Shown here in pieces: positions 50,121-63,514 of a stretch of DNA of 64,000 nucleotides. A model generated the notes under the pieces. That model was not told the DNA's origin and made no database searches. It worked only from the letters and a program-made list of their open reading frames with translations. The number at the start of each line of letters is the position of its first letter. Within the stretch, counting starts at the first letter, position 1. This DNA is from Alphaproteobacteria bacterium (lineage in GTDB: Bacteria > Pseudomonadota > Alphaproteobacteria > UBA7887). The translations under genes and the position numbers were made by a program. The DNA lies in the NCBI GenBank assembly GCA_965216755.1, contig CBDCGL010000011.1, forward strand, positions 2,336,001-2,400,000. The letters run 5' to 3'.

Positions 50121-51167
50121 GTGACCCGGGCGACCATTTTCTCAAGCCTTTTTCACGCGATCGCCATCGCGCTCGCCTATATTGGCCTGCCGTCTTTTTT
50201 TAGTGCCGACCTCGCGGCCGATCGGGTGGTGGTGGTCGAGTTGGTGCCGGTGGCGGCCGAGCGCAATTTGCCACCGGATATCCCAGACAAACCGGAACCC
50301 CGGGACGAACCGCAAGAAATCCAAGCCGACGCCGAGGCCGAACCAGCGCCGCAGACGCGCGAACCGCGACCGAAACCAACGGCCGCGTTGCCGGCACCAC
50401 CGGTCGTGACCGATGTGCCCCCTGCGCCTGCGCCGGAAAGCCGCCCCGAACCATCCGAACCCGCGCCGGCCGCCGTCGTGCGCCAGGTCCAACGACCGGT
50501 GGCGACCCAACGACCGGCAGCCCCCATCGAAGCCGCAGCGTCGGAGCCCGAACCCGAGCCCGAGATTGCGCCGGAGCCAGCCGCGGAGCTTGTCGAATCC
50601 GTCGATCGACCATCGTCAAAACCACCACGTCCTGAGCCGCAAGCCGACTTTGAGCCGGAGCCCGAGCCCGAACCCAAACCAGAGCCAAAGGTGGATCCCT
50701 TTGCCTCGGTGCTGAAGAGCGTCGAAGCGCTGGAGCAACAACAAGAACGCGAACGACAACAGCAAGAGACCCAAAAACCGACCACGGCCGAGTCCAGTTT
50801 CGACCCGATCGAACAGGTTCTGGCGCAGTCGAACTCTCGATTTCAGGCGGACCTGCCGCTCAGCATGTCGGAGATCGACAACATCCGGTATCAAATTCAG
50901 AAAAATTGGAATGTGCCGGCGGGCGCGCGGGATGCGCAGGACATGATCGTGACTTTGCGGATTCAGCTTGCGCAGGACGGCACGGTTCGCAACGTTTCGG
51001 TTGTCAATTCGACCCGCATGGGCTCGGATCCATTCTTCCGAAGCATGGCCGAAAGCGCGGTTCGCGCGGTCAACGTGACAGGCCGGATCCGGAATCTATC
51101 GCCGGACAAGTATCACATTTGGCGTGATATGCAGATCAACTTCGACCCAAGGGAAATGTTTGGATAA
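50121..51167 (+). CDS. tolA: TolA (TonB-like energy transducer)
   Basis: N-terminal TM with S..H motif, EP-rich linker, C-terminal [15 protein letters not shown]; position in tol operon. Confidence 0.88.
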   Translation: MTRATIFSSLFHAIAIALAYIGLPSFFSADLAADRVVVVELVPVAAERNLPPDIPDKPEPRDEPQEIQADAEAEPAPQTREPRPKPTAALPAPPVVTDVPPAPAPESRPEPSEPAPAAVVRQVQRPVATQRPAAPIEAAASEPEPEPEIAPEPAAELVESVDRPSSKPPRPEPQADFEPEPEPEPKPEPKVDPFASVLKSVEALEQQQERERQQQETQKPTTAESSFDPIEQVLAQSNSRFQADLPLSMSEIDNIRYQIQKNWNVPAGARDAQDMIVTLRIQLAQDGTVRNVSVVNSTRMGSDPFFRSMAESAVRAVNVTGRIRNLSPDKYHIWRDMQINFDPREMFG

Positions 51168-52528
51168 TGAACGGCAAATCGCAGTTTGCGGCCACGGGCT
51201 CTGGTTCACGCGCAAGTCTGACCTATTGGCTTTTCGGGCTGCTTTTTTTGCTGGACGTGGGTCCGGTTCAGGCCGTCACAGAAATCGATATCACGCAGGG
51301 TGTGGTTGAACCGCTGCCCATTGCTGTTTTGGATTTGGCCGGTAACAACGACAACGAGAACCGCCTGGGCGCCGACATCGCCGGCGTGGTCGGGGAAGAC
51401 TTGCGTGGATCAAGTCTTTTCAAGCCTCTCGACAAAAGAGCGTTTCTCCAACGTCCATCAGATCTGCGCAATGCGGTGCCACGGTTCGCAGATTGGCGCC
51501 AGATCAATGCACAAGCACTGATTAGCGGTAATGTCACGGTGCGCCCCGACGGTCAAATCCAGGTCGAGTTCCGACTGTGGGACGTGTTTGGTGAATCGCA
51601 AATGGTCGGCCTGGCATTGTCGACACCCGCGGACAATTGGCGCCGAATTGCTCACTTGATGTCGGACGCTGTCTACAAACGGATCACCGGCGAAGACGGC
51701 TATTTCGACACACGCATCGTTTACGTCGCGGAATCGGGCCCGCCCGATGCGCGGGTCAAGCGCTTGGCGATCATGGATCAAGATGGTGCGAACCACAGCT
51801 ATTTGACCGACGGTCGGCATTTGGTGTTGACGCCGCGTTTTTCCCCGACTCTGCAGGAAATCACCTATTTGTCCTATTTTAACGACAATCCGCGCGTCTA
51901 TGTGTACGACATCGATACGGGCAAACAAGAACTGCTTGGCGACTTCCCGGGCATGACTTTTGCGCCGCGATTTTCGCCCGACGGCAACAAGGTGATCATG
52001 TCACTGGCGAAAGACGGCAACTCCGATATTTATGTCATGGATCTGCGAACACGCCTGATCGAACAACTGACCAGGCATCCGGCCATTGAAACATCGCCGT
52101 CATATTCCCCCGACGCGTCGGAAGTTACGTTTGAATCCGATCGGTCCGGTCGCCAGCAAATTTACATCATGGATGGCGACGGCGGCCCGGCGCAGCGAAT
52201 CAGTTTTGGCGAAGGGCGCTACGCGACTCCGGTCTGGTCACCGCGCGGCGACTGGATCGCATTCACCAAATTGAACGGTGGGCGTTTCTACATCGGTGTC
52301 ATGCGGCCGGACGGATCGGGGGAACGGCTCTTGGCGGAAGGTTTTTTGGTCGAAGGTCCGACCTGGGCGCCAAATGGCCGGGTGTTGATGTTTTTTCGCG
52401 AAACACCGGGGGCTGGACAGGCCAATCGCGTGCGTCTTTTTTCTGTTGACATCACGGGCACCAATGAACGTGAAATGGCAACCCCGGGTGACGGTTCTGA
52501 CCCGGCGTGGTCCCCCTTGATTCCCTAG
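51167..52528 (+). CDS. tolB: TolB beta-propeller protein
   Basis: [17 protein letters not shown], repeated PRFSPD/PVWSP. Confidence 0.96.
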   Translation: MNGKSQFAATGSGSRASLTYWLFGLLFLLDVGPVQAVTEIDITQGVVEPLPIAVLDLAGNNDNENRLGADIAGVVGEDLRGSSLFKPLDKRAFLQRPSDLRNAVPRFADWRQINAQALISGNVTVRPDGQIQVEFRLWDVFGESQMVGLALSTPADNWRRIAHLMSDAVYKRITGEDGYFDTRIVYVAESGPPDARVKRLAIMDQDGANHSYLTDGRHLVLTPRFSPTLQEITYLSYFNDNPRVYVYDIDTGKQELLGDFPGMTFAPRFSPDGNKVIMSLAKDGNSDIYVMDLRTRLIEQLTRHPAIETSPSYSPDASEVTFESDRSGRQQIYIMDGDGGPAQRISFGEGRYATPVWSPRGDWIAFTKLNGGRFYIGVMRPDGSGERLLAEGFLVEGPTWAPNGRVLMFFRETPGAGQANRVRLFSVDITGTNEREMATPGDGSDPAWSPLIP

Positions 52529-52670
52529 GAATCACAAATTACTATCTCGGCCACCGTTCGCCAGCGTCAGACATCGCCGGGACAAAGGTACGGCAATAGA
52601 ATGAGCGCGTGGAAGCGTGTCGCCGGGCGTCTGGACGGTTCTGCGAAAATCGGGAGAAAGGGTACACCAA

Positions 52671-53213
52671 ATGCGGACGAAATTCGTTGTCCTGTGCGGT
52701 ATGCTGTTGCTTATTTCGGCTTGTGAATCGACCCCAGAAGAATCGGCTAACACCGCGGGTGCCGGAACGCAGCTGAGTACGCCGCCACCGCCGGCGCAGG
52801 CTGGAGAGATTTCGGGCCCGGCCAGCGTTGAATCAGCGGCAGTCCAGCCCCAAAGAACATTGCAAGACATGCTGATTCAAGAAGTCGGTGACCGGGTGTT
52901 TTTTGACTTTGACCGCTCTTCCATTCGTGCCGACGGCGAAGCGACGTTGCGCCGTCAGGCCGAATTTCTCAAACAAAACCCGGGTGTCACGATTTCGGTG
53001 CAAGGGCATTGCGACGAGCGCGGGACCCGCGAATACAACTTGGCTTTGGGCGAACGACGGGCGACCGCGGCCAAGAATTATTTGGTATCACTCGGCGTCA
53101 ATCCGAACCGCATCAAGACGATTTCGTATGGCAAGGAAAGACCGATCGTGCTGGGCAGCAATGAGTCCGCATGGGCACAAAATCGTGTTGCGGTGACCGT
53201 GTTGGAGGGCTGA
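52671..53213 (+). CDS. pal: Peptidoglycan-associated lipoprotein
   Basis: Lipobox ISAC; GHCDERGTREYNLALGERRA; SYGKERP. Confidence 0.96.
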   Translation: MRTKFVVLCGMLLLISACESTPEESANTAGAGTQLSTPPPPAQAGEISGPASVESAAVQPQRTLQDMLIQEVGDRVFFDFDRSSIRADGEATLRRQAEFLKQNPGVTISVQGHCDERGTREYNLALGERRATAAKNYLVSLGVNPNRIKTISYGKERPIVLGSNESAWAQNRVAVTVLEG

Positions 53214-53254
53214 CCGTCCGCGCGCCTGATCGGCAGGCGAGTACCGTATACATC

Positions 53255-53301
53255 CCCCGGGGGTTCACCAATTTGCGAAACCGGTGAACCTCCGGGGTTT
53301 T
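53255..53301 (+). terminator. Probable intrinsic terminator after pal
   Basis: CCCCGGGGGTTCACC...GGTGAACCTCCGGGG stem followed by TTTT. Confidence 0.7.
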
Positions 53302-53406
53302 ATCGTTTGCGTAAAATGCCTACATGGCCTTAAGGGTCATAGACCAAGGATTCGGACGCTGATAGCAGACCAGCCCCTTTGACAAGAAAACGCAGGGCCA
53401 ATCGCC

Positions 53407-54486
53407 ATGAACTTTCGATCGCCCATGACGACCGCGACACCGCTGCTTGCGCTTGCGATGATCGCGCTGACGACGTTGCCGGCTCGTGGCCAAGATGCAA
53501 CACTTCAATCTTTGGCGGATCGGCTAAACCGACAGGAACAAGAACTGCGTGCGCTGCAACAGAACGTTTATCGCGGTGACGGCAGCGGCGCGGAGGGTTC
53601 GGCAGTCGGCGTGGGGGGGGCGGCTTATACGCCGCAGATCGAACGGCGGCTGAGCCAGCTTGAAGAGCAGCTACAAGTTCTGACCGGCCAACTCGAAGAA
53701 GCACAATATCGACTGCGCCGGTTCAATGACGATCTTGATCGGCGTCTGGGCGACCTTGAATATCGCATGGCCGGTTTGGAAGGTGGCGGCGGGCCCGGAC
53801 CAACCCAGGGTGCCCCGCTCACATCGGGCACGAATGATCAACCATACTTGACCGAGCCCCAGCCGGGCTTGGGTGAGGTGGCGGCCGAACCCGATCTGGA
53901 TCCGACAAGCGCGTCGACGCGGGTGGAACAAGACGCAAACGCGGATCAGTATGAGACGATGGGCGTGCTTGGTACCATTGACAACGAGGCGGCGGCCCCT
54001 CCGCCCGCCGGCACGGCGCGCGCCGAAGAACTGGATGCAGACACCGATACGCCGCAAGACTCGCAAGTCGTCGCCGCGCGATCGCCGTCAAACGGTGATG
54101 GAGATGCTCGTTCAACCTATGAAGCCGCCTACCAACTGCTGCGACAAGCGGATTATGACCAAGCGACGGTCGCACTTCAGACATTCATCGATCAGTATCC
54201 ACAACATGAGCTGTCGGGGAACGCCCACTATTGGCTGGGTGAAACCTATTTCGTGCGCAGCGCCTATGATCAGGCAGCCGTGGCTTTCGCGCGCGGTTAC
54301 AAGTCATTCCCGAATGGCGAAAAAGCGCCGGACAACTTGTTGAAGTTGGGGATGACGTTTGTCGCGATGGGCAAGAATCCGGAAGCGTGCGCCACATTTA
54401 GCAAGCTTGAGGCGGATCACCCCGAGATTTCCGGCGTAACCCGCGAACGGCTCGCTTACCAGCAGCAAAAGGCCCAGTGCCCCTAA
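53407..54486 (+). CDS. cpoB: Cell division coordinator CpoB/YbgF
   Basis: Signal peptide, coiled coil, TPR (NAHYWLGE, KAPDNLLKLG, EACATF). Confidence 0.92.
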   Translation: MNFRSPMTTATPLLALAMIALTTLPARGQDATLQSLADRLNRQEQELRALQQNVYRGDGSGAEGSAVGVGGAAYTPQIERRLSQLEEQLQVLTGQLEEAQYRLRRFNDDLDRRLGDLEYRMAGLEGGGGPGPTQGAPLTSGTNDQPYLTEPQPGLGEVAAEPDLDPTSASTRVEQDANADQYETMGVLGTIDNEAAAPPPAGTARAEELDADTDTPQDSQVVAARSPSNGDGDARSTYEAAYQLLRQADYDQATVALQTFIDQYPQHELSGNAHYWLGETYFVRSAYDQAAVAFARGYKSFPNGEKAPDNLLKLGMTFVAMGKNPEACATFSKLEADHPEISGVTRERLAYQQQKAQCP

Positions 54487-54532
54487 GCGGGTGGGCGATT
54501 GACCAGGTATCGCAGGCTCCGGCTACGGCGCC

Positions 54533-55885
54533 ATGGATGGCATCACGTTTACCGCGGCCATGGTGCGTTTGGGGCCGTTTGAGACCCGACCCGATGTGGC
54601 GGTGGCCGTGTCCGGCGGCGCCGACAGCGTCGCCCTCACCTTGTTGACCGCCGATTGGGCCCGGCGACGCGGCGGCCATGCGATTGCTTTGACAGTAGAT
54701 CATGGGTTGCGCGCGGAATCCGCCCGCGAAGCACAATGTGTCGGCGCATGGATGACCACTCGCGGCATCGTCCATCACACGCTTCATTGGCGCGGCCCCA
54801 AGGCGAAGACAAATGTGCAGGCGCGTGCACGCGATGCACGATACCGCTTGTTGACCGACTGGTGTCGCAAGGCCGGAATTTTGCATTTGGCGACAGCCCA
54901 CACGCGCGACGATCAAGCGGAAACCGTATTGATGCGTTTGGCGCGCGGCAGCGGCGATGACGGCGGCGCCGGCATAGCGGCCATTGTCGAGCGCCAGGGC
55001 GTACGACTCATCAGACCGCTATTGTCCGCCGACAAAAATGGTCTGCGCGCTTATTTGCGCGGTCTCGGCCAACAATGGCTGGAAGACCCATCGAATCGTG
55101 ACCCGACCTATGACCGTACCCATACACGCGCCATCTTTGGCGGCGGGCGCGCACCAAACGATGGGGTGCGGCGTATTGCCGACGCTGCTGACGGATTTGC
55201 CGCCGCGCGGATTGCGATTGAACCTGTTGTCGCCACCCTTCTCGCAAAGGCGGTTCGCCTCTCCCCGGGCGGATATGCGCTGGTCGACCCTGGATGTCTC
55301 GAAGCCGCGCCAAGGCCCATTGCCGAGCGCGCATTGGCGCGCATTCTGACCACCGTGGGCGGTCGCCACTATGGCCCCCGCGGCGCTCGTCTCGCGCGGA
55401 CGTTCGACACCATCTTCGGTTCGTCGCCGCACGCGTGCACACTTGGCGGCTGTCGTCTGACCCCTTTCCGCGGCCGGCTTTTGGTGTCGCGTGAGTTGGC
55501 GGCGGTCGGTGCGGACGTCACCTTGTCGGCCGGCGTGTCAAGACGCTGGGATGACCGATTCGTGATCTCGATTACAGACCCGTCGGCGGTATTGAAAACC
55601 GCTGCGCGCCATTCACCGCGACCGCAAACGCAGCACGTCACAATCGCAGCCCTCGGCGCTCGTGGCCCAGCCGCGATGTACGCACAAGTGCCGCGCCGGG
55701 CATTGGCGAGGATTCCAGCACCCGCTCGCGCGTCGCTACCAGCACTCTGGGACCTTGACGGCCTTGTCGCACTGCCCCACCTATCTTATTGGCGGGATTG
55801 TTATGTGGGGTGGCGAAATGCACCGTTTACCGCGCGGTTTCGTCCGCCACATGCGCTCGCTGGTCCGGTCTTTGGCGGCCATTAG
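54533..55885 (+). CDS. tilS: tRNA(Ile)-lysidine synthetase
   Basis: AVSGGADS, DHGLR, ARDARY, HTRDDQAET, EDPSN. Confidence 0.95.
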   Translation: MDGITFTAAMVRLGPFETRPDVAVAVSGGADSVALTLLTADWARRRGGHAIALTVDHGLRAESAREAQCVGAWMTTRGIVHHTLHWRGPKAKTNVQARARDARYRLLTDWCRKAGILHLATAHTRDDQAETVLMRLARGSGDDGGAGIAAIVERQGVRLIRPLLSADKNGLRAYLRGLGQQWLEDPSNRDPTYDRTHTRAIFGGGRAPNDGVRRIADAADGFAAARIAIEPVVATLLAKAVRLSPGGYALVDPGCLEAAPRPIAERALARILTTVGGRHYGPRGARLARTFDTIFGSSPHACTLGGCRLTPFRGRLLVSRELAAVGADVTLSAGVSRRWDDRFVISITDPSAVLKTAARHSPRPQTQHVTIAALGARGPAAMYAQVPRRALARIPAPARASLPALWDLDGLVALPHLSYWRDCYVGWRNAPFTARFRPPHALAGPVFGGH

Positions 55886-56120
55886 GTGATAATTTTGTGC
55901 ACGCTTGCGATCGTGGCGCGAATCGCGCCACAATCAGCTTGAAATTCAGTTCGGAATGGCAGCGGTGTTTGGCGAAATCGTTCCCAGGCCGAGCGAGTGC
56001 GTCGATATCGGATAAACTCGGCACCATGCGCCCACATTGACGGGTGCAAAGTGTCTAAAGGGAAGGCCTATCTTGGATGCGTCGGTTCGTGCGACGCGCC
56101 ACCACGAAGGAACAGACTAC

Positions 56121-58049
<1,929 letters not shown>

Positions 58050-58080
58050 GGCGGCCTCGGCGGCCGGCTGGTCGACGCCA

Positions 58081-59205
58081 TTGCAAATCGAAACGCGCGC
58101 AACGCTGCCGAACCAAATCACGTCGGCAGCGCGCGTTTACGTGCGGCCTTCGGGATTTGTCATCGGACCGGTGGCGCGCGAGCTGATCGCTGCGCGGCGC
58201 GCCTTACCGCTGACCGGGCGCGAACGTCACGGTTTTTTGGCGTTGACGCTCTTTGTGCGCAGCGGTGATCGCGCCTGTGCGACAACCGTCAATGTGCCCG
58301 AATATCTCGCATGGGCCGCCAATCAGGCGGCAGCCACCACTGAGAGTGTACGCCGTGTGGTCGACCGCCTGAGCGCGCCGCGGGCCACGTTTGCCGGTTA
58401 CCACGCCGACCAGCCCGTAATCATGGGCGTCCTCAACGTCACCCCCGACAGCTTTTCGGATGGCGGTCAGTTTCTTGATGCTGCGGCGGCTATCGATCAC
58501 GCACGGGCGATGGCGGCCGCGGGCGCCTCGATCATCGATATTGGCGGGGAATCGACGCGGCCGGGAGCCGAACCCATCACAATCGAGGATGAATTGACGC
58601 GCGTGCTGCCGGTGTTGCGCGCGCTGCGCGACGATCCGATGACCATGTCGATCGACACGCGCAACGCCGTCACCATGTCGGCCGCGTTGGAATGCGGCGC
58701 GGCGATGGTCAATGACGTCACAGCGCTGACCCACGACCCCGCCAGCGCCGTCACTGTGGCGCAAGCCGATGCGCCGGTAATCCTGATGCACAGCCGCGGC
58801 GACCCACGCACTATGCAAGACGATCCCGTATATGCCCATGCGGCGCTGGACGTATACGACGCCCTGGCAACCCGAATTGCCCGGGCCGAGGCGGCCGGTA
58901 TTTCGCGTGCACGCATGATCGTCGACCCCGGAATCGGATTTGGCAAGACGTTGGCGCATAATCTACAGATCCTTGATGGTATCGGTTTGTTCCATGGGCT
59001 CGGCTGCCCCGTGTTGTTGGGTGCATCACGCAAGAGCTTCATCGGCCGGCTCGGATATGGCAAAGAAGCCGCCAAACGGGTCCCGGGATCGTTGGCCACC
59101 GTACTCGCCGCATTGCAGCAGGGTGTCCATATCGTTCGTGTCCACGATGTTGCGGCGACGGCGCAGGCCATTGCCGTTTGGCGTGCCATCCACGACCCGA
59201 CTTGA
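58081..59205 (+). CDS. folP: Dihydropteroate synthase with N-terminal extension
   Basis: GVLNVTPDSFSDGG, GGESTRPG, DPGIGFGK, SRKSFI, RVHDV. Confidence 0.95.
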   Translation: MQIETRATLPNQITSAARVYVRPSGFVIGPVARELIAARRALPLTGRERHGFLALTLFVRSGDRACATTVNVPEYLAWAANQAAATTESVRRVVDRLSAPRATFAGYHADQPVIMGVLNVTPDSFSDGGQFLDAAAAIDHARAMAAAGASIIDIGGESTRPGAEPITIEDELTRVLPVLRALRDDPMTMSIDTRNAVTMSAALECGAAMVNDVTALTHDPASAVTVAQADAPVILMHSRGDPRTMQDDPVYAHAALDVYDALATRIARAEAAGISRARMIVDPGIGFGKTLAHNLQILDGIGLFHGLGCPVLLGASRKSFIGRLGYGKEAAKRVPGSLATVLAALQQGVHIVRVHDVAATAQAIAVWRAIHDPT

Positions 59206-59321
59206 TGTCACGGCGTCTGTCGGACCGTGCGCGGTGTCAGGAATGGGCATTGCCGTCGGCGCGACACTGGCTTAAGTAGGCAGACATATGACCGCATCGC
59301 ACATCAGAATCCGGGGCGCAT

Positions 59322-60707
59322 ATGACGCGTAGCTTGTTCGGCACAGACGGCATTCGCGGGCGCGCGAACGCCGAACCCATGACAGCGCAAACGGCGCTCA
59401 AAGTTGGCATGGCCGCGGGGCGATTTTTCACCCGCGGCGAGCATCGGCACAGTGTCGTAATTGGCAAGGACACCCGTCTGTCGGGTTACATGATCGAGCC
59501 GGCACTGACCGCGGGGTTTACCTCGATGGGCATGAACGTCGTGCTGATCGGCCCCATGCCAACCCCGGCCGTCGCTATGCTGACCCGGTCGCTGCGCGCC
59601 GATTTGGGCGTCATGATCTCGGCGTCCCACAATCCCTATCAGGACAATGGCATAAAGTTGTTCGGTCCTGACGGATTTAAGCTTTCTGACCAGGCGGAAG
59701 CGACGATCGAATCCTTCATGGCCAATGGCGTCGAGGCACATTTGACAGTGCCTGACGCGCTCGGCCGGGCGATGCGGCTCGATGACGCGCAGGGCCGCTA
59801 CATCGAATTTGCCAAACACACATTCCCAAAGGGCCAGCGGCTCGATGGGCTGAAGGTCGTCATCGATTGTGCCCATGGCGCCGCATACAAAGTCGCGCCG
59901 ACAGTTTTGTGGGAACTAGGCGCGACGGTGGTACCGATCGGTGTTGACCCTGACGGTTTCAACATCAATCGCGGCTGTGGGTCGACCGAACCCGACCAGT
60001 TGTGTCAGCTGGTGCGAGAGCATGGCGCTGACGTCGGCGTGGCGCTTGATGGCGATGCCGACCGTGTGATTATGGTCGACGAGAATGGCGCCTTGCTCGA
60101 CGGCGACCAATTGATGGCGCTCGTGGTTGAGCACTTCCACGCTGCCGGCCATTTGCGCGGCAATGGATTGGTGGCGACACAAATGTCAAACCTCGGATTG
60201 GAACGTCATCTTGCCGCGCAGGGTTTGGAGCTTGTTCGCACCCGCGTTGGCGACCGCTATGTGGTCGAGCACATGCGCACGCACGGCTACAATGTTGGCG
60301 GCGAACAATCGGGGCATATTATCTTGAGCGACTACACAACGACCGGCGATGGCCTCTTGGCAGCGTTACAAGTCCTGGCCGCCGCGGTCGCGGCCGGTCG
60401 ACCGATCAGTGACGTCGCGCGCCGGTTCGAACCGCTGCCCCAGGTGCTGCGCAGCGTGCCGTGCGGTCAGCCGGAAGTATTGGATGACAAAGCGGTTCGC
60501 GATGCCATCGAAGCCGGCGAAAGTCAGCTGGCTGGAAATGGCCGGGTGTTGATTCGAAAATCGGGCACCGAACCGAAAGTGCGGGTGATGGCCGAGGGCG
60601 AGGACGAAGCGGTGGTCGCCAAGGTGGTCGACGACATTGCCACAACCATCGCCGCGCGAGCCGGCAGCGCGGCGCGACTACAGGGCGGCAACGGCAACGT
60701 CATATGA
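59322..60707 (+). CDS. glmM: Phosphoglucosamine mutase
   Basis: [33 protein letters not shown]. Confidence 0.97.
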   Translation: MTRSLFGTDGIRGRANAEPMTAQTALKVGMAAGRFFTRGEHRHSVVIGKDTRLSGYMIEPALTAGFTSMGMNVVLIGPMPTPAVAMLTRSLRADLGVMISASHNPYQDNGIKLFGPDGFKLSDQAEATIESFMANGVEAHLTVPDALGRAMRLDDAQGRYIEFAKHTFPKGQRLDGLKVVIDCAHGAAYKVAPTVLWELGATVVPIGVDPDGFNINRGCGSTEPDQLCQLVREHGADVGVALDGDADRVIMVDENGALLDGDQLMALVVEHFHAAGHLRGNGLVATQMSNLGLERHLAAQGLELVRTRVGDRYVVEHMRTHGYNVGGEQSGHIILSDYTTTGDGLLAALQVLAAAVAAGRPISDVARRFEPLPQVLRSVPCGQPEVLDDKAVRDAIEAGESQLAGNGRVLIRKSGTEPKVRVMAEGEDEAVVAKVVDDIATTIAARAGSAARLQGGNGNVI

Positions 60708-61507
60708 AAGGGCGTGTTCTGAGCATAGCCGGATCGGATTCCGGCGGCGGCGCGGGCATTCAAGCCGACATCAAGACCGTGACCATGCTCGACGGCTTTG
60801 CCGCCAGCGCGATCACGGCCTTGACCGCCCAAAACACGCAGGGCGTATTTGCGATCCAAGACGTCCCGACGGAATTCATCAGCCAACAAATACGGGTCGT
60901 GCTCGAGGATATTGGCGCCGACTGTGTCAAGACTGGCATGTTGCATACAGCCGCGGTGATTGAGGTCGTTGTTGACACCTACATGCGCCACGCACCAAAC
61001 GTGCCTTTGGTTGTCGATCCGGTCATGATCGCCAAGGGTGGCGCCGCCTTGCTGGCACCGGACGCGCACCAAGCCTTGGTCGAGCGCCTCGTGCCGTTCG
61101 CCACGGTATTGACCCCCAACCTGCCCGAAGCCGAAAGCCTGCTCGGCGAAAAGATCGTTGACGCGCACGCCATGTCGGACGCTGCACTGGCGTTGCGCGG
61201 CCTGGGCCCAAAGGCAGTCTTGCTCAAAGGCGGCCATTTGCCTGGCGACAGCGTCGTCGATGTTTTGGTCGCCGATGGTGTCCGCGAGACGTTTCGCGCA
61301 CCGCGTATCGACAGTCGTCACACCCACGGAACGGGATGTACCATGGCTTCGGCGATCGCGACCGGACTTGCTCAGGGTATGGATCTTGTCGCCACAGTCG
61401 AGCGGGCGCGGCGCTATGTTCGCGCCGCCATCGAAACTGCGCCCGAATTGGGCACTGGCCATGGTCCGTTGAATCACGCCCACCCACTCGAGGACGGCCG
61501 CCGATGA
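60704..61507 (+). CDS. thiD: Hydroxymethylpyrimidine/phosphomethylpyrimidine kinase
   Basis: [32 protein letters not shown]. Confidence 0.96.
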   Translation: MKGRVLSIAGSDSGGGAGIQADIKTVTMLDGFAASAITALTAQNTQGVFAIQDVPTEFISQQIRVVLEDIGADCVKTGMLHTAAVIEVVVDTYMRHAPNVPLVVDPVMIAKGGAALLAPDAHQALVERLVPFATVLTPNLPEAESLLGEKIVDAHAMSDAALALRGLGPKAVLLKGGHLPGDSVVDVLVADGVRETFRAPRIDSRHTHGTGCTMASAIATGLAQGMDLVATVERARRYVRAAIETAPELGTGHGPLNHAHPLEDGRR

Positions 61508-62160
61508 CCCTGGATGTCGACTTATATTGGTCTTTTCGCAGCCCCTACTCCTACTTGGTCACCGGCCGTCTGACACGCCTGGAGCGTGACCATGACCTGA
61601 AAGTCGCCGCGCGCGTGGTCCTGCCATTGGCAGTGCGAGACCCGACCTTTTTCACCCGTGTTGATCCATTGTTTGCGCGCTATGTGCCGCGCGACGCGCG
61701 TCGTTACGCGGAAATGCTTGGCGTTCCGTTCCGCTGGCCGCGCCCAGACCCTGTCGTCCAGGATATGGAGACTCGCGAAATAGCCGCGGACCAACCCTAT
61801 ATTTGGCGCATCAGCCGGTTGGGCATCGAAGCTGAACGGCGCGGCGCCGGTTTGGCTTTCTTGGATCGCGTTTCGCGCGTCATCTGGGATGGCAGTGTCG
61901 AAGATTGGCACAAGGGCGACCATTTGGCTCGCGCGGCCGATGCCGCCGGGCTTGAACTGGCCGCCATGGACGCAACGATCAGCGCGTCAGATGCCGACCA
62001 TGACCAGGTTTTGGACGCCAACATGGCGGCGTTGCGCGCCGCCGGTCATTGGGGCGTGCCCACCATGGTCTTTGATGGCGAGCCGTTTTTTGGTCAAGAC
62101 CGGTTCGAGCTGCTGGTTTGGCGGCTAAAACAAAAGGGGCTAGAGGCGCGCCGACGATAG
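61504..62160 (+). CDS. 2-hydroxychromene-2-carboxylate isomerase / DsbA-GST kappa family
   Basis: YWSFRSPYSYL, HWGVPT, FFGQDR. Confidence 0.88.
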   Translation: MTLDVDLYWSFRSPYSYLVTGRLTRLERDHDLKVAARVVLPLAVRDPTFFTRVDPLFARYVPRDARRYAEMLGVPFRWPRPDPVVQDMETREIAADQPYIWRISRLGIEAERRGAGLAFLDRVSRVIWDGSVEDWHKGDHLARAADAAGLELAAMDATISASDADHDQVLDANMAALRAAGHWGVPTMVFDGEPFFGQDRFELLVWRLKQKGLEARRR

Positions 62161-62177
62161 CACACGGCGCAGACGGC

Positions 62178-62206
62178 TTGACTTTGGCGCCGATCGCTCC
62201 TACCAC
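62178..62206 (+). promoter_or_regulatory. Putative sigma70 promoter for serC
   Basis: TTGACT-N17-TACCAC immediately before the serC leader. Confidence 0.5.
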
Positions 62207-62217
62207 ACCATCAAAAT

Positions 62218-62269
62218 CGCGGATGCCCTTGGGTATCGCGAAGGTCGCTTTGGCGACGCAGCCCTCACA
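62218..62269 (+). ncRNA. serC leader cis-regulatory RNA motif
   Basis: GCGGATGCCC-TT-GGGTATCGC hairpin, GAAG, GTCGC-TTTG-GCGAC hairpin, then GCAGCCCTCACA, directly upstream of serC-serA; matches my recollection of the alphaproteobacterial serC motif layout. Confidence 0.75.
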
Positions 62270-62290
62270 CCTTGAAAAACTTGTTTGCCG

Positions 62291-63445
62291 ATGACTTTGC
62301 AGAAACCGAGCCTGCGCCCGGCTTGCGCGAACTTTTCTTCAGGACCGTGCGCGAAACGACCAGGATGGTCTTTGGCCACGTTAGACGACGCATTGGTCGG
62401 ACGGTCGCATCGGTCAAAACCCGGCAAGACCAAGCTCGCCGAAGTGCTGGCCCTGAGCCGCGCGTTGCTGGAGCTGCCGCAGGACTACAGGATTGGCATT
62501 GTTCCGGCATCAGACACCGGCGCTTTCGAAATGGCGATGTGGTCACTGCTCGGCGCGCGCCCGGTTGATATTCTCGCCTGGGAAAGCTTTGGCAGTGGCT
62601 GGCTGACGGATATCACCAAGCAATTGCGGCTCGACTCCGCGCGCACGCTGACCGCGCCCTATGGCGAGATTGTAGACCTGGCCGGCGTCAACTGTGATCA
62701 TGACGTGGTTTTCACCTGGAACGGCACAACGTCGGGCGTTTGTGTGCCAAATGGCGACTGGATCGCGGCAAATCGCGGCGGTCTCACGCTCTGTGATGCC
62801 ACGTCGGCGGCTTTTGCCATGGCCTTGCCGTGGCATAAATTGGACGTTGTTACCTACTCCTGGCAAAAAGTTTTGGGTGGTGAGGCGCAGCACGGCGTCT
62901 TAATTCTGAGCCCGCGCGCGGTGGAGCGTTTGGAAACATTTCGTCCGCCCCGGCCATTGCCGAAGATCTTTCGCATGACCAAAGGCGGCAAGTTGATCGA
63001 GGGGATCTTTCACGGCGAAACGATCAACACGCCGTCGATGCTTTGCGTCGAGGATGCTCTGGATGGGCTCAATTGGGCGCAATCGATCGGTGGGTTGACG
63101 AGTCTGATAGCCCGCTCCAAGGGCAATCTCGCCGCGATTGAGAGTTGGGTGGATCGGACACCATGGATCGATTTCTTAGCCTCCGATCCGGCGATAAGGT
63201 CATCGACCTCAGTTTGCCTTAGAATCGTCGATCGGTGGTTTCAAGCTCTGGACGACGATGCCCAGGCCGCGGCAGCCAAGCGGATTGGTGCGCTGTTGGA
63301 CGAAGAAGCGGTCGCGCATGATATTAATGCCTACCGCGACGCGCCGCCGGGTTTGCGTGTCTGGGCCGGCGCGACGGTGGAACAAAGCGATTTAGAGGCG
63401 CTGTTTCCGTGGCTCGAATGGGCCTACGCCACCGTTCGGTCCTAA
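62291..63445 (+). CDS. serC: Phosphoserine aminotransferase (alphaproteobacterial/Methanosarcina type)
   Basis: [37 protein letters not shown]. Confidence 0.96.
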   Translation: MTLQKPSLRPACANFSSGPCAKRPGWSLATLDDALVGRSHRSKPGKTKLAEVLALSRALLELPQDYRIGIVPASDTGAFEMAMWSLLGARPVDILAWESFGSGWLTDITKQLRLDSARTLTAPYGEIVDLAGVNCDHDVVFTWNGTTSGVCVPNGDWIAANRGGLTLCDATSAAFAMALPWHKLDVVTYSWQKVLGGEAQHGVLILSPRAVERLETFRPPRPLPKIFRMTKGGKLIEGIFHGETINTPSMLCVEDALDGLNWAQSIGGLTSLIARSKGNLAAIESWVDRTPWIDFLASDPAIRSSTSVCLRIVDRWFQALDDDAQAAAAKRIGALLDEEAVAHDINAYRDAPPGLRVWAGATVEQSDLEALFPWLEWAYATVRS

Positions 63446-63514
63446 ATCGCCAACCGCGCGTTAGCCAAGCGTATTAATGAGACGGTGCGCAATACAAGCG
63501 AGCAGAACCAAACG

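Noticed and set aside
50280-50700. GAGCCC/GAACCC short repeats
   Set aside because: They encode the normal Glu-Pro linker of TolA.
56040-56075. RpoH promoter for ftsH
   Set aside because: CCTATCT resembles the -10, but no CTTG-type -35 lies at the right spacing.
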